A stretch of 64,000 nt of DNA from Candidatus Liptonbacteria bacterium (GTDB lineage: Bacteria; Patescibacteriota; Minisyncoccia; UBA6257; 2-01-FULL-56-20): positions 1,218-65,217 of the forward strand of contig JACOXZ010000011.1 in NCBI GenBank assembly GCA_016182105.1. The letters are read 5' to 3'. A program made the translations under genes and the position numbers. Under the pieces are notes generated by a model, which searched no databases, had not been told where the DNA came from, and worked only from the letters and a program-made list of their open reading frames with translations. Positions 28,207 to 37,490 of this stretch are shown one piece after another; within the stretch, counting starts at the first letter, position 1, and each line of letters starts with the position of its first letter.

Positions 28207-29316
28207 ATGATTCACTTTCTCCGTGGAGCGAGCGCGGAATCTTTGAAAGGAAGAGTACTGCTCCGGCTGGATTTTAACACTGAAGATGAGTGGCGGTTAA
28301 AGTCAGCCCTGCCAACTATTCGATTTCTTCTAAGGTATGCCGAGAAAATCGTGATTGTGAGCCACAAAGGCCGGCCAATTGGCTTTGATAAAAAATTTAG
28401 CTTAAGAGCCAGCGCTAAATTTTTAGAAAAACTGCTTAAAAGGAAAATAATTTTCTTTCCCCATTTTCGATTTGAAAAGATCAAGAAAACAATTGCCGCC
28501 TCTCCGCGGGGTTCGATTTTTCTTTTGGAAAACCTGCGTTTTTTGAAAGGCGAGTGGAAAAATGACTTAAAATTCGCCAAAAAATTGGCTTCCCTTGCTG
28601 ATTATTACGTGAATGAGGCTTTTGCCGTTTGTCATCGGGCAAATGCCTCTGTTTCAGCCATCACCCGCTTTTTGAAAAGCTATGCCGGCTTAGAACTTGA
28701 GAATGAGCTTAAAAATCTCTCCAAAGTAATGAAAAATCCCCAAAAGCCGCTCACAATAGTTCTGGGAGGCGCCAAGGCTGAAGATAGGTTAGGCATTGTC
28801 AAGTTTTTGAAAAACAAAGTAGACTGGTTCTTGCTCGGCGGCGCGCCAGCTAATACTCTTTTTTTGGCTGAGGGTATAGATATTAAAGATTCTGTGGCTC
28901 TTCGCCGCCACCCGGAGAAAGTGAGACCCTTTCTTAAATATCCGAACATTGTCTTGCCGATTGATTTCGTTTTTTCCGGCCGAAAAATTTTAGACGCCAG
29001 TCCCAAAACCGTACAAGTTTTTAAAGAAAAAATCAGCCAAGCAAAGACTATTGTCTGGAACGGGCCGTTTGGCGTGATTGAGAAAAAAAGGTTCGAGAAA
29101 GGAACATTGGAGATTGGAAAAGCGATCGCGAGAAACCGGCGAGCGTTTTCCGTGGCTGGCGGCGGGGAAACCGTGATGTTTTTAAAAAAATACGGTTTGG
29201 ATAAAAAATTCAGCTTTATTTCAACCGGCGGCGGTGCGATGCTCGATTTTTTGTCAGGCAGGAAGCTTCCTGGAATTGCCGCCCTTGAGCGACGAGGAGG
29301 CAAAAAATCAAAATGA
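28207..29316 (+). CDS. pgk: phosphoglycerate kinase (divergent)
   Basis: RLDFN, LLENLRF and C-terminal GGGA/STGGGA motifs. Confidence 0.75.
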   Translation: MIHFLRGASAESLKGRVLLRLDFNTEDEWRLKSALPTIRFLLRYAEKIVIVSHKGRPIGFDKKFSLRASAKFLEKLLKRKIIFFPHFRFEKIKKTIAASPRGSIFLLENLRFLKGEWKNDLKFAKKLASLADYYVNEAFAVCHRANASVSAITRFLKSYAGLELENELKNLSKVMKNPQKPLTIVLGGAKAEDRLGIVKFLKNKVDWFLLGGAPANTLFLAEGIDIKDSVALRRHPEKVRPFLKYPNIVLPIDFVFSGRKILDASPKTVQVFKEKISQAKTIVWNGPFGVIEKKRFEKGTLEIGKAIARNRRAFSVAGGGETVMFLKKYGLDKKFSFISTGGGAMLDFLSGRKLPGIAALERRGGKKSK

Positions 29317-30146
29317 AAAAAATCATTGTTTTATATCACGGAAAGTGCGACGACGGTTTCGGCGCCGCCTGGGCCGCTTGGAAAAAATTCGGCAGCCGGG
29401 CCAGCTACATTCCTTTAGAACACCAAAAACCGCCGCCAGCCGGCCTAAAAGGCAAAGAGTTATATTTTCTTGATTTTACTTACCCAGCTTCCATCACCAA
29501 GAAGCTGATTAGAGAAAATAAAAGGGTAACCGCAGTTGATCACCATATTTCAGCGAAAGAAGCGGTTTTCGCGACCTACAGATATCTTTTTGACATCAAA
29601 CATTCGGCAGCCGTCCTCTCTTGGAAGTATTTCCACCCCAGAAAATCAGCGCCGAAACTTTTAAGACATATTGAGGACATTGATCTCTGGAAATTCAAAC
29701 TGCCTCGGACGCGGGAGATCATCGCATTTCTTGAAACTAACCCTTTTGACTTCAAGGTATGGGACAGGGTTCGGCGGGGATTAGATAAACCAAAGACGAG
29801 AAAACTTTACATCGAAGAAGGGAAAAGAATCCTAATCTACCAGGAAAAACTAATCGAACATCTTACCGAGAGCGCCGATCTGGTTAATTTTGCCGGCCGG
29901 AGAGTCTTCATCGTGAACTCGCCAGTTTTCAATTCCCAGATTGGACATCTTTTGATCAAAAAGCGGCCGCCAATAGGAATTGTCTGGAGTGCCAAAGACG
30001 GAACAATAAGGGTCTCCCTGCGTTCTAATAGCAAAGTGGATGTTTCAAAAATCGCCAAAAAGTTCGGCGGCGGAGGACACAAGAATGCGGCTGGATTCTC
30101 TTTGCGGGAGGGCGCAAAGTTGCCGTGGAAGCGTATCAAGAATTAA
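29313..30146 (+). CDS. DHH/DHHA1 phosphoesterase (NrnA-like)
   Basis: DHH motif (VDHHI) and GGGH motif (GGGGHKNAAG). Confidence 0.7.
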   Translation: MKKIIVLYHGKCDDGFGAAWAAWKKFGSRASYIPLEHQKPPPAGLKGKELYFLDFTYPASITKKLIRENKRVTAVDHHISAKEAVFATYRYLFDIKHSAAVLSWKYFHPRKSAPKLLRHIEDIDLWKFKLPRTREIIAFLETNPFDFKVWDRVRRGLDKPKTRKLYIEEGKRILIYQEKLIEHLTESADLVNFAGRRVFIVNSPVFNSQIGHLLIKKRPPIGIVWSAKDGTIRVSLRSNSKVDVSKIAKKFGGGGHKNAAGFSLREGAKLPWKRIKN

Positions 30147-30290
30147 CCTAATGACTAATTGACCTGATTTCTAATCAATGTCTAATGACTTAATTTCCCA
30201 ATTTCTAGCTACGAGTTTTGGATTTGGTCATTAGAAATTGGGGATTGATTAGGTTAATTAGAATAATTAGAGCAATTAGAAATTTTAAAC

Positions 30291-30719
30291 ATGAAAACCA
30301 AGCCCCTGTTTGATATCTCAAAAATTATCATCTACACCGACGGCGGCGCTCGCGGAAATCCTGGGCCAGCCGCAATCGGTGTGGTAGTTGCCGACAGAGA
30401 ATATGGCGAATATATCGGCGAAAAGACTAATAACCAGGCCGAATACGAAGCCGTGATTTTTGCCCTGAAGAAAGTGAAACAGCTTATTGGCAAAGTAAAG
30501 GCGAAGAAAGCGGAAATTGAAGTGCGGATGGACTCCGAGCTAATCGTGAAGCAATTAAACGGCGAATATAAAATCAAAGAGCCGGAACTCCAGCCGCTTT
30601 TTGTGAAAGTTTGGAATTTAAGGATGGATTTCGGGAAAATTAATTTTGTACATATCTCACGGGAGCAGAATCGTCGATCTGATAGATTGGTAAATTCGGT
30701 TCTTGACAAGAGGCCGTAG
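30291..30719 (+). CDS. rnhA: ribonuclease HI
   Basis: TDGGARGNPGPAAIGVV and the catalytic acidic residues. Confidence 0.8.
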   Translation: MKTKPLFDISKIIIYTDGGARGNPGPAAIGVVVADREYGEYIGEKTNNQAEYEAVIFALKKVKQLIGKVKAKKAEIEVRMDSELIVKQLNGEYKIKEPELQPLFVKVWNLRMDFGKINFVHISREQNRRSDRLVNSVLDKRP

Positions 30720-30736
30720 GGATGTATAATTATTGT

Positions 30737-31081
30737 GGTAATTCAGACGGTTACCTTACTAGATATTTATCTAGTGGGGAGGAAAGTCGGGACACCTTCT
30801 CGGGTTTTGCCCGAGGAAAAGTAGCGGCTAACAGCCGTCGAGTGAAAACTTAGAGGTGCGAACAGTGACGTCGCAGTTCGAAAGAACTGCGAGGACCCCA
30901 TCCTAACGTAGACTGGTCCAGCTCCGCTATAAGGATAAAAAGGCGGAGGTGAAACGGCTAAATCCTTACTGGGTGCAAGGCCGTGCTCCGACCCATGTCG
31001 GAGAGTGCTGCATGAACCCGAGAGTAATCGAGGGTCCAGAGAAATTGCCGTTAAATACAGAATCCCGCTTATGAATTGCCA
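30737..31081 (+). ncRNA. rnpB: RNase P RNA (bacterial type)
   Basis: GGAGGAAAGUCGGGAC (P4 5' strand), ...GGUGAAA..., and ACAGAAUCCCGCUUAU (P4 3' strand). P1 pairs ggtaattc with gaattgcc. TATAAT lies 7 nt upstream and a strong terminator hairpin sits at 31083-31125. Confidence 0.75.
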
Positions 31082-31115
31082 ACCCCGCCCCTCCATTGGA
31101 GGGGCGGGGTAGTTT

Positions 31116-31595
31116 TTATTTTTTTAAAATCCGCTTTCTTGTAAGAAGATAAAGCAGTCCGGAAATAATTATTGCCGAGAAGACAGCGAACCTCATGAGC
31201 CCCAAGCCGGCCAAAGTGCCCACAGCCGCGGTTGACCACATCGTGGCCGCGGTTGTGAGGCCTTTCACGTGCTCTTCGGTTTTGATGATGACGCCGGCGC
31301 CCAAGAAACCGATGCCGACCACAATATTAGCAATCACATTCAAAAAACCGCTGTTCCGAGCAATTACTTCTGGCAAATTTTCCGGAGAAGTGGAAACAAG
31401 ATAGGGAAGGTTTATGCCGATAATCGCGAAAATGGCAGCGCCGCCAGCGACAAGCATACTTGTCCGAATGCCGGCTTCTTTGCCGATCATCTCCCGCTCG
31501 AGGCCCATGAAGGCCCCCAAAGCAAGGGCGATCAAAAAATGAAGGATCATTTGCTCAAAGTCCATCATTGTCTTACAATTTTCATTATACAACAT
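31116..31595 (-). CDS. MgtC/SapB family membrane protein
   Basis: GLEREMIGKEAGIRT and a four-TM architecture. Confidence 0.7.
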   Translation of the reverse strand: MLYNENCKTMMDFEQMILHFLIALALGAFMGLEREMIGKEAGIRTSMLVAGGAAIFAIIGINLPYLVSTSPENLPEVIARNSGFLNVIANIVVGIGFLGAGVIIKTEEHVKGLTTAATMWSTAAVGTLAGLGLMRFAVFSAIIISGLLYLLTRKRILKK

Positions 31596-31602
31596 TTAAT
31601 TT

Positions 31603-32982
31603 ATGCGGATTCTTTCAAATGAAATCGCGAGTCACGAGGGAAAAGAGGTGGTGCTTGCCGGCTGGGTGGGAGCCCGCCGCGACCACGGCAAGCTTATTTT
31701 TATTGACCTCCGCGACAGGCGTGGTTTAGCCCAACTCGTTTTCACACCAGAGAAAAAGACTTACGCTGAGGCCGACAAATTGCGGCCGGAATGGGTGATT
31801 CAAGTTAAAGGAGAAGTCCGGCGCCGGCCAAAAGGAATGGAAAACCCTGCTCTCCCAAGCGGCAATTTTGAAGTGAGTGTCGCGGAAATCGAAGTTTTAA
31901 ATCATGCGATAACCCCACCGTTTCCCTTGGAGAGCGATGGTTATGATATTGATGAAAGTATCCGTCTCAAATACCGCTATCTTGATCTGCGGCGGCCGCG
32001 GCTCAGTCGCAATCTAAAAATTCGTCATCAAGTAAGCCAGTTTATCCGTAAGTACTTAGGTGATCGCGATTTTGTGGAGGTGGAGACGCCGATCTTGACG
32101 AAATCCACTCCCGAGGGCGCTCGGGATTTTATCGTGCCCTCCCGTCTTCAGCCGGGCAAGTTTTACGCTTTACCCCAGTCGCCCCAGCAGTATAAACAAC
32201 TCTTAATGGTCGCTGGTTTTGAGCGGTATTTTCAATTAGCGCGAGCTCTCCGAGACGAAGACCTGCGCGCTGACCGCGGTTTTGAACACACCCAGCTTGA
32301 CCTAGAGATGAGCTTTGTGGGTGAGAAGGACGTGATGGAGTTAATCGAGGGGTTAATGACTGCTCTTTTCGAAGATTTCGGCAAAAAAATTTATAAAAAA
32401 CCTTTTCCAGTTATTGACTATAAAGAAGCTATAAAAAAGTTCGGCGCTGATAAATTCGATTTGCGGGCCAAGAAAAACCTGGAAGAGGTCGCTTTGGCCT
32501 GGGTCATAAATTTTCCGGTTTTCGTCCGCGACGAGAAAACCAAGGAATTGACCTATTCCCATAATCCCTTCACCGCGCCGAGGGGCGAGGATATACCCAA
32601 GCTTTTGGCTCATAAGGATTTAGAAAATCTGGTTTCACTCCAGTATGACTTAGTTTGCAACGGTTTTGAGATTGGCGGCGGCGGCATAAGAATAAACAAA
32701 GCCGAAGTTCTAGAAAAAGTTTTTAAAATCCTTGGTCATTCCAAAGATAAGATCCAAAAGCAATTTGGCCATATGCTTGAGGCATTTCGATTCGGCGCCC
32801 CGCCCCATGGAGGGATTGCTTTGGGTTTGGACCGGATTTTAATGATTTTAGCCGGTGAAGAGTATCTGCGGGAGGTCGTGGCATTCCCCACGACTGGAGG
32901 CGGTGAAACTAGTGTAATGGATGCGCCCTCAGAGGTTGATAAGAGTCAGCTCGATGAGCTACACTTAAAAATTAAAAAATAG
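31603..32982 (+). CDS. class IIb aminoacyl-tRNA synthetase, aspartate--tRNA ligase type (asparagine--tRNA ligase not excluded)
   Basis: N-terminal OB fold (VVLAGWVGARRDHGKLIFIDLRD), class II motifs, and GGGIRI. Confidence 0.65.
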   Translation: MRILSNEIASHEGKEVVLAGWVGARRDHGKLIFIDLRDRRGLAQLVFTPEKKTYAEADKLRPEWVIQVKGEVRRRPKGMENPALPSGNFEVSVAEIEVLNHAITPPFPLESDGYDIDESIRLKYRYLDLRRPRLSRNLKIRHQVSQFIRKYLGDRDFVEVETPILTKSTPEGARDFIVPSRLQPGKFYALPQSPQQYKQLLMVAGFERYFQLARALRDEDLRADRGFEHTQLDLEMSFVGEKDVMELIEGLMTALFEDFGKKIYKKPFPVIDYKEAIKKFGADKFDLRAKKNLEEVALAWVINFPVFVRDEKTKELTYSHNPFTAPRGEDIPKLLAHKDLENLVSLQYDLVCNGFEIGGGGIRINKAEVLEKVFKILGHSKDKIQKQFGHMLEAFRFGAPPHGGIALGLDRILMILAGEEYLREVVAFPTTGGGETSVMDAPSEVDKSQLDELHLKIKK

Positions 32983-33573
32983 ATGGCCCATCCAAAGGAG
33001 GAAAAAACGGTAATTATCGTAAAGCCCGACGGCGTGAAACGCGGGTTAATCGGCGAGATTATGAAGCGAGTTGAGCAGCGCGGGTTAAAGATTATTGCAG
33101 TAAAGATGATTCAGGCTGACAAGCCTCTGATTGACAAGCACCTGCCCAAGAGCAGGCAGTGGATTATTGATGTCGGAAACAAAAGTTTGGAGGACTATAA
33201 AAAATATAAACTTGACCCTCGAAAGCATATCGGGACCGCTGATCCGTTCAAGATTGGAATGTTGGTGCGAAAGTGGCTTTTTGATTATTGGACGTCAGGT
33301 CCTGTGGTAGCGTTCGCGGTTCAGGGAGTGCACGCGATTGACATGGTGAGGAAGATTGTCGGGAATACCTTGCCGGCCAAGGCCGAGATGGGAACGATTA
33401 GAGGGGACTATTCGGTTGATTCGGCGATTTTAGGAAATTTAGGGAAACGGGCGGTGCACAACATCGTCCACGCCTCGGGGAGTCCGGAAGAAGCAAGGAA
33501 TGAGTTCAAGAAGTGGTTTAAACCAAATGAGCTTCATTCTTACGATCGCGCCGATGACGATATTATGTTCTAG
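32983..33573 (+). CDS. ndk: nucleoside diphosphate kinase (with an internal insertion)
   Basis: IIKPDGVKRGLIGEI, and a GTIRGDY....N..HAS segment that matches Ndk GTIRGDF...N..HGSD. Confidence 0.7.
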   Translation: MAHPKEEKTVIIVKPDGVKRGLIGEIMKRVEQRGLKIIAVKMIQADKPLIDKHLPKSRQWIIDVGNKSLEDYKKYKLDPRKHIGTADPFKIGMLVRKWLFDYWTSGPVVAFAVQGVHAIDMVRKIVGNTLPAKAEMGTIRGDYSVDSAILGNLGKRAVHNIVHASGSPEEARNEFKKWFKPNELHSYDRADDDIMF

Positions 33574-34342
33574 ATTTTAAGAAAGTTTTGATAATTTGAT
33601 TTAAATCTCCGCCTAAGATTTTTTCAATATTGTGGAATTTTTTGCCGAGGCGGTGGTCGGTGACGCGGTCTTCGGGGAAATTGTAAGTGCGAATTTTCTC
33701 GGCGCGCTCGGCCGAGCCGATCTGTTCTTTCCTGAGGCCGCCGATTTTTTGCTGTTCCTCGATTTTCTTTTGTTCAAAAAGCTTGGCCCTTAAGATCGCG
33801 AGCGCTTTTTCCTTGTTGGCTGATTGAGACCGCTCAACTTGAGAAGAAACCACAAGGCCGGTTGGCTTGTGCAGTATCCTCACAGCCGTTTCCACCTTAT
33901 TAACGTTCTGTCCGCCCGGGCCCGAGGAACGAAAAAAAGAGATTTCCAAATCTTGGCTCATGATTTCTACTTCTTTAGTTTCGACTTCCGGGAGTACCGC
34001 GACCGAGGCTGTGGAGGTATGAACCCGGCCGGACTTTTCGGTTTTTGGTATCCTTTGCACGCGATGCACACCTGATTCATTCTTTAAACTTTGAAAGACG
34101 TCATCGCCCGCGATTTCAGCAACCAGGGTTTTGTAGCCGCTTAAGGTTGTTTGGCTATAGTCTAAAATTTCAAAGCGCCAGAGGCGGCTCGCGGCATAAC
34201 GTTGATACATTCTTGCCAAATCCGCGGCGAAAATAGCGGCCTCATCGCCGCCCGCTCCGGCTCTAATCTCTAATATAACTTTATCCTTGCCCATAGCTTC
34301 AAATTTGCTTTTGAGTATAGTATTATAAAGGTGATGAATCAA
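33563..34342 (-). CDS. release factor 1-like protein lacking N-terminal domain 1 (259 aa)
   Basis: GGQ motif (SGPGGQNVNKVETAVRI) and PKT tripeptide in VHRVQRIPKTEKSGRVHTS. Confidence 0.6.
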   Translation of the reverse strand: MIHHLYNTILKSKFEAMGKDKVILEIRAGAGGDEAAIFAADLARMYQRYAASRLWRFEILDYSQTTLSGYKTLVAEIAGDDVFQSLKNESGVHRVQRIPKTEKSGRVHTSTASVAVLPEVETKEVEIMSQDLEISFFRSSGPGGQNVNKVETAVRILHKPTGLVVSSQVERSQSANKEKALAILRAKLFEQKKIEEQQKIGGLRKEQIGSAERAEKIRTYNFPEDRVTDHRLGKKFHNIEKILGGDLNQIIKTFLKSRT

Positions 34343-34723
34343 CCACCGCTTATTTTACTTGTTGACGACGAAGCCGATTTTCTGGAAATATTTTATACAA
34401 AACTTCGGGCTGCGGGCTTCAGAGTGGAGACAGCCGAGAGCGGCGAGAAAGCGATTGAGGCGGCCAAAAAACTTAAACCCGATCTGATTTTAATGGATAT
34501 GAAGATGCCTAAGATGAACGGCGCCCAAGTTATGATGAAGCTTAAAGAAGATCCTGAAACCAAGGATATAAAAGTGGTATTTCTCACTAATTTTGGCGAC
34601 CCTCGGACCGAGATGGAAGAAATTGATCGCAAATTTTCCAGAGATCTTGGCGCCATGGATTATTTGAGAAAGACGAGCGACCTTGATGAGGTGGTTCAAA
34701 AAATACAAACTTTTTTTAAGTGA
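34331..34723 (+). CDS. single-domain response regulator (CheY-like receiver)
   Basis: LLVDDE...D...MP receiver motifs. Confidence 0.7.
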   Translation: MMNQPPLILLVDDEADFLEIFYTKLRAAGFRVETAESGEKAIEAAKKLKPDLILMDMKMPKMNGAQVMMKLKEDPETKDIKVVFLTNFGDPRTEMEEIDRKFSRDLGAMDYLRKTSDLDEVVQKIQTFFK

Positions 34724-34855
34724 CCCCCCCACTCTTCAGAGATTTTCTCTACGTCATCAAAATGAGTACTATAGACAAAATGTTTCATTTCAAGGCCGTT
34801 CGGCAGATGAGATTATGCTACGAAAAATCGTGCATGATCTCTGAAGAGTGAGGGA
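34724..34855. repeat. family-2 miniature TIR element, copy F2-2
   Basis: It begins immediately after the TGA of the upstream response regulator and ends at the ATG of the next one. Confidence 0.8.
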
Positions 34856-35262
34856 TGAGGCCGAAACCTTTAATTTTATTAGTTGACGATGAGGCTGATT
34901 TTCGAGAGATTATCAGCGCGAAGCTCACCGCAGCGGGTTTTGACGTTGCTCTAGCTAAAAATCAGTCCGAAGCCGTCGCTAAAGCCGAGCAACTCTTGCC
35001 TGACCTGATTTTAATGGATATCTATTTGCCGCCCGGGCCAACCGGGACTGATACGGCCTTGAACATCAGGCAAAATCCCAAAACCAAAGATTTAAAAATC
35101 GCATTCCTCACCAATCTTAAAGAACCCTGGCCTGCAATCGGCGGGGATAGAGAAAAAGTTACCCAAGAGCTTGGCATGGAAGGGTTTATAGAAAAGACAG
35201 AAGATTTGAATATGCTCGTCAAAAAAATCCAGGAAATTTTAGAGAAGGCTCCCTCGTCTTGA
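34855..35262 (+). CDS. single-domain response regulator (paralogue of 34331-34723)
   Basis: MRPKPLILLVDDEADF receiver domain. Confidence 0.7.
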   Translation: MRPKPLILLVDDEADFREIISAKLTAAGFDVALAKNQSEAVAKAEQLLPDLILMDIYLPPGPTGTDTALNIRQNPKTKDLKIAFLTNLKEPWPAIGGDREKVTQELGMEGFIEKTEDLNMLVKKIQEILEKAPSS

Positions 35263-35325
35263 CCCCGCACCTTAGAAAGATTTCGTTTTCTAGAACGCCT
35301 GTGGATAAATCCTTATTTTTATTAC

Positions 35326-35410
35326 ACAAAATCTGATTTGCGAATGACCTACCCTTATTATCAAGAAAAACGGCTAGGCGTTCACATCTTTCTAAGGTGA
35401 CGGGGTTGAT
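35326..35410 (+). promoter_or_regulatory. conserved ~80-nt intergenic element upstream of rpsP (copy b of the atctttctaaggtgNcgggg motif)
   Basis: It aligns position-for-position with 636-710. The core recurs at 53342-53365. Confidence 0.4.
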
Positions 35411-35440
35411 TTTTTATCGGCTGGCGCTATAATCTTTCGC

Positions 35441-35767
35441 ATGCTTAGGATGAGGCTTCAGAGGATAGGCAAGAAGCACCAGCCGAGTTTCCGGCTCACG
35501 GTTTCCGAAGCTCGCTCAAAAATGGCTGGGCCGCCGGTTGAGAATTTGGGTTCATATAATTCTTTTACCAAAGTGGCGAATTTTAAAAAAGAGAGGATTG
35601 AATATTGGTTAGGTGTCGGCGCGAAACCTGGAGCGACAGTTCATAATCTTTTGGTAAAGGAGGGGATCTTGAAGGCGAAAAAGCTAGCAGTCAAGATCGG
35701 AAAAGCCAAGGATAAAGGCAAAGCCGAGCCGCAGATAGCCCCGGTTGCTCCGGCAGCCGCGGGTTGA
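35441..35767 (+). CDS. rpsP: 30S ribosomal protein S16
   Basis: MLRMRLQRIGKKHQPSFRLTVSEARS. Preceded by TTGATT-16-TATAAT and a 7-nt leader. Confidence 0.8.
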   Translation: MLRMRLQRIGKKHQPSFRLTVSEARSKMAGPPVENLGSYNSFTKVANFKKERIEYWLGVGAKPGATVHNLLVKEGILKAKKLAVKIGKAKDKGKAEPQIAPVAPAAAG

Positions 35768-35793
35768 CCCCATTAGATAAATATCTAACGGGG

Positions 35794-35824
35794 TTGACAC
35801 ATTTCTATTTCCGTCTTATATATA
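35794..35824 (+). promoter_or_regulatory. sigma70-like promoter (TTGACA-17-TATATA)
   Basis: Perfect -35 at 35794-35799. Preceded by the hairpin ccccattagataaatatctaacgggg. Confidence 0.55.
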
Positions 35825-35897
35825 ATTAATATAAATTAATAAGGTAAAATAGCGGGAAAAGGTCGAAAAGATTTTTTGAAAGAGAAAACAGTCAATA

Positions 35898-36215
35898 ATG
35901 GCTAAAGGAGCTGATCAGGAATTTCTCGAGTTTCTCGTGAAATCTTTAGTTGATCACCCGGATGATGTGCAGGTTCTCCGGAAAGTTGACGAGATGGGCG
36001 TACTTCTCTCCTTAAAAGTTAACCCGCTCGATATGGGACAGGTGGTTGGTAGGCAGGGAGCGACAGCCAAAGCGATTCGGTCGCTTCTCCGGATTGTTGG
36101 GATCAAGAATAATGCGAGAGTGAACTTGAAGATCGAGGAGCCGGAGGGCAGCACGAGGCCTGGGGTGAGAAGGCCTATGGGAGAGCCAGTTGCTCGAGGA
36201 AGAGAAGAATTCTAA
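35898..36215 (+). CDS. KH-domain RNA-binding protein (YlqC/UPF0109-like)
   Basis: VGRQGATAKAIRSLLRIVG is a KH GxxG-type motif. Confidence 0.65.
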   Translation: MAKGADQEFLEFLVKSLVDHPDDVQVLRKVDEMGVLLSLKVNPLDMGQVVGRQGATAKAIRSLLRIVGIKNNARVNLKIEEPEGSTRPGVRRPMGEPVARGREEF

Positions 36216-36325
36216 GGATCTAAAGTTAAAATTTAAGCTAAAGCCGCCCTTAAGGGCGGCTTTAGCTTTCTATTTTATTTGACGTGAGGGACCCGAGCTC
36301 ATATAATATCAATCTGTTTTTAATT

Positions 36326-36895
36326 ATGCTCTCCTACACTGATTTAAAAAAAGGAACTCTTTTTGTTAAAGACGGGGAGCCGTATGAGGTTTTGGAGTCG
36401 AATTTTTTGCGGATGCAGCAGAGGAAAGCAGTAGTTCAAACCAAAATCCGCAATTTAATTTCCGAGAAGATTGTTGACCAGAATTTCCAGGCGAGCGACT
36501 ACTTTGAAGAGGCGGATGTGGAAAAAAAAGAAGCGGTTCTCGTCTACTGCCACCGCGGAGAGTTTTGGTTTACAGAGCCGAATAACCCTAAAAATCGTTT
36601 TTCAGTTTCAAACGAAGTCCTCGGTGAGCGAGCCAAATTCTTAAAGCCAAATACTAAAGTTCAGATTTTGGCTTGGAGCGGCCGGATTATCAGAGTCGAG
36701 TTGCCGATCAAGATGGATTTTAAAGTTATTGAGGCGCCGCCTGCAGTTCGAGGTAATACTGCCCAAGGCGGCACAAAGACAGTAGTTATTGAAGGCGGAG
36801 CCAGGGTGTCCGCGCCCCTTTTTGTGAATGAGGGAGACCTCATTAGAATTAATACTGAAACCGGAGAATACGTGGAGCGGGGGCAAAAAACCTAA
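36326..36895 (+). CDS. efp: elongation factor P
   Basis: DLKKGTLFVKDGEPYEVLE...KAVVQTKIRNL. Confidence 0.8.
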   Translation: MLSYTDLKKGTLFVKDGEPYEVLESNFLRMQQRKAVVQTKIRNLISEKIVDQNFQASDYFEEADVEKKEAVLVYCHRGEFWFTEPNNPKNRFSVSNEVLGERAKFLKPNTKVQILAWSGRIIRVELPIKMDFKVIEAPPAVRGNTAQGGTKTVVIEGGARVSAPLFVNEGDLIRINTETGEYVERGQKT

Positions 36896-37488
36896 CGGGC
36901 TCGCCGGCCCCTCGCCCTCAAAAAGTAAATCAAATTAGGCAGGATTGAGAGGAGGATTATGAAGCCGATAATCGGCCAGAGATAGAGGTCGATGTTTTCA
37001 ACTATGCTTCCGAGGTAATAGCCTAGGCTCGAAAGGCCAACAGCCCAGAGTACAGCGCCCAAAATATTATAGATGAGAAATACGCGGTAGTTCATTTTGC
37101 CAACTCCAGCTAAGATGGGCGCGAAGGTTCTTATAAAAGGTATAAATCTTGCAAGGACAATGGTTTTCCCACCATGCTTTTCATAGAAAGTTTTTGCTCG
37201 TTCTAGATGGTCTTTGTGAAAAAAAACCGAATCTTCACGTTTGAAGATGGCCGGGCCAACGCGGCGGCCAAAAGCATAACCGAAATTGTCCCCTAAAATA
37301 GCGGCGATGAAGGTAAGGGCGGCAAGGAGCGGCAGATTGAGGTAGCCGCGCGAGGCGAGAAAGCCAGCCGTAAAAAGCAAGCTGTCTCCTGGCAGGAAAA
37401 AACCGATGAAAAGCCCGGACTCGGCAAATACGATCGCAAAAATTCCCAGATAGCCAACGGCTTTGATTAGACTTATAAGGTCAAACAC
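36892..37488 (-). CDS. DedA family membrane protein
   Basis: GLFIGFFLPGDSLLFTAGFLA. Confidence 0.7.
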   Translation of the reverse strand: MFDLISLIKAVGYLGIFAIVFAESGLFIGFFLPGDSLLFTAGFLASRGYLNLPLLAALTFIAAILGDNFGYAFGRRVGPAIFKREDSVFFHKDHLERAKTFYEKHGGKTIVLARFIPFIRTFAPILAGVGKMNYRVFLIYNILGAVLWAVGLSSLGYYLGSIVENIDLYLWPIIGFIILLSILPNLIYFLRARGRRAR

Positions 37489-37490
37489 TC

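Noticed and set aside
30767-31096. 109-aa minus-strand ORF
   Set aside because: It is antisense to the RNase P RNA.
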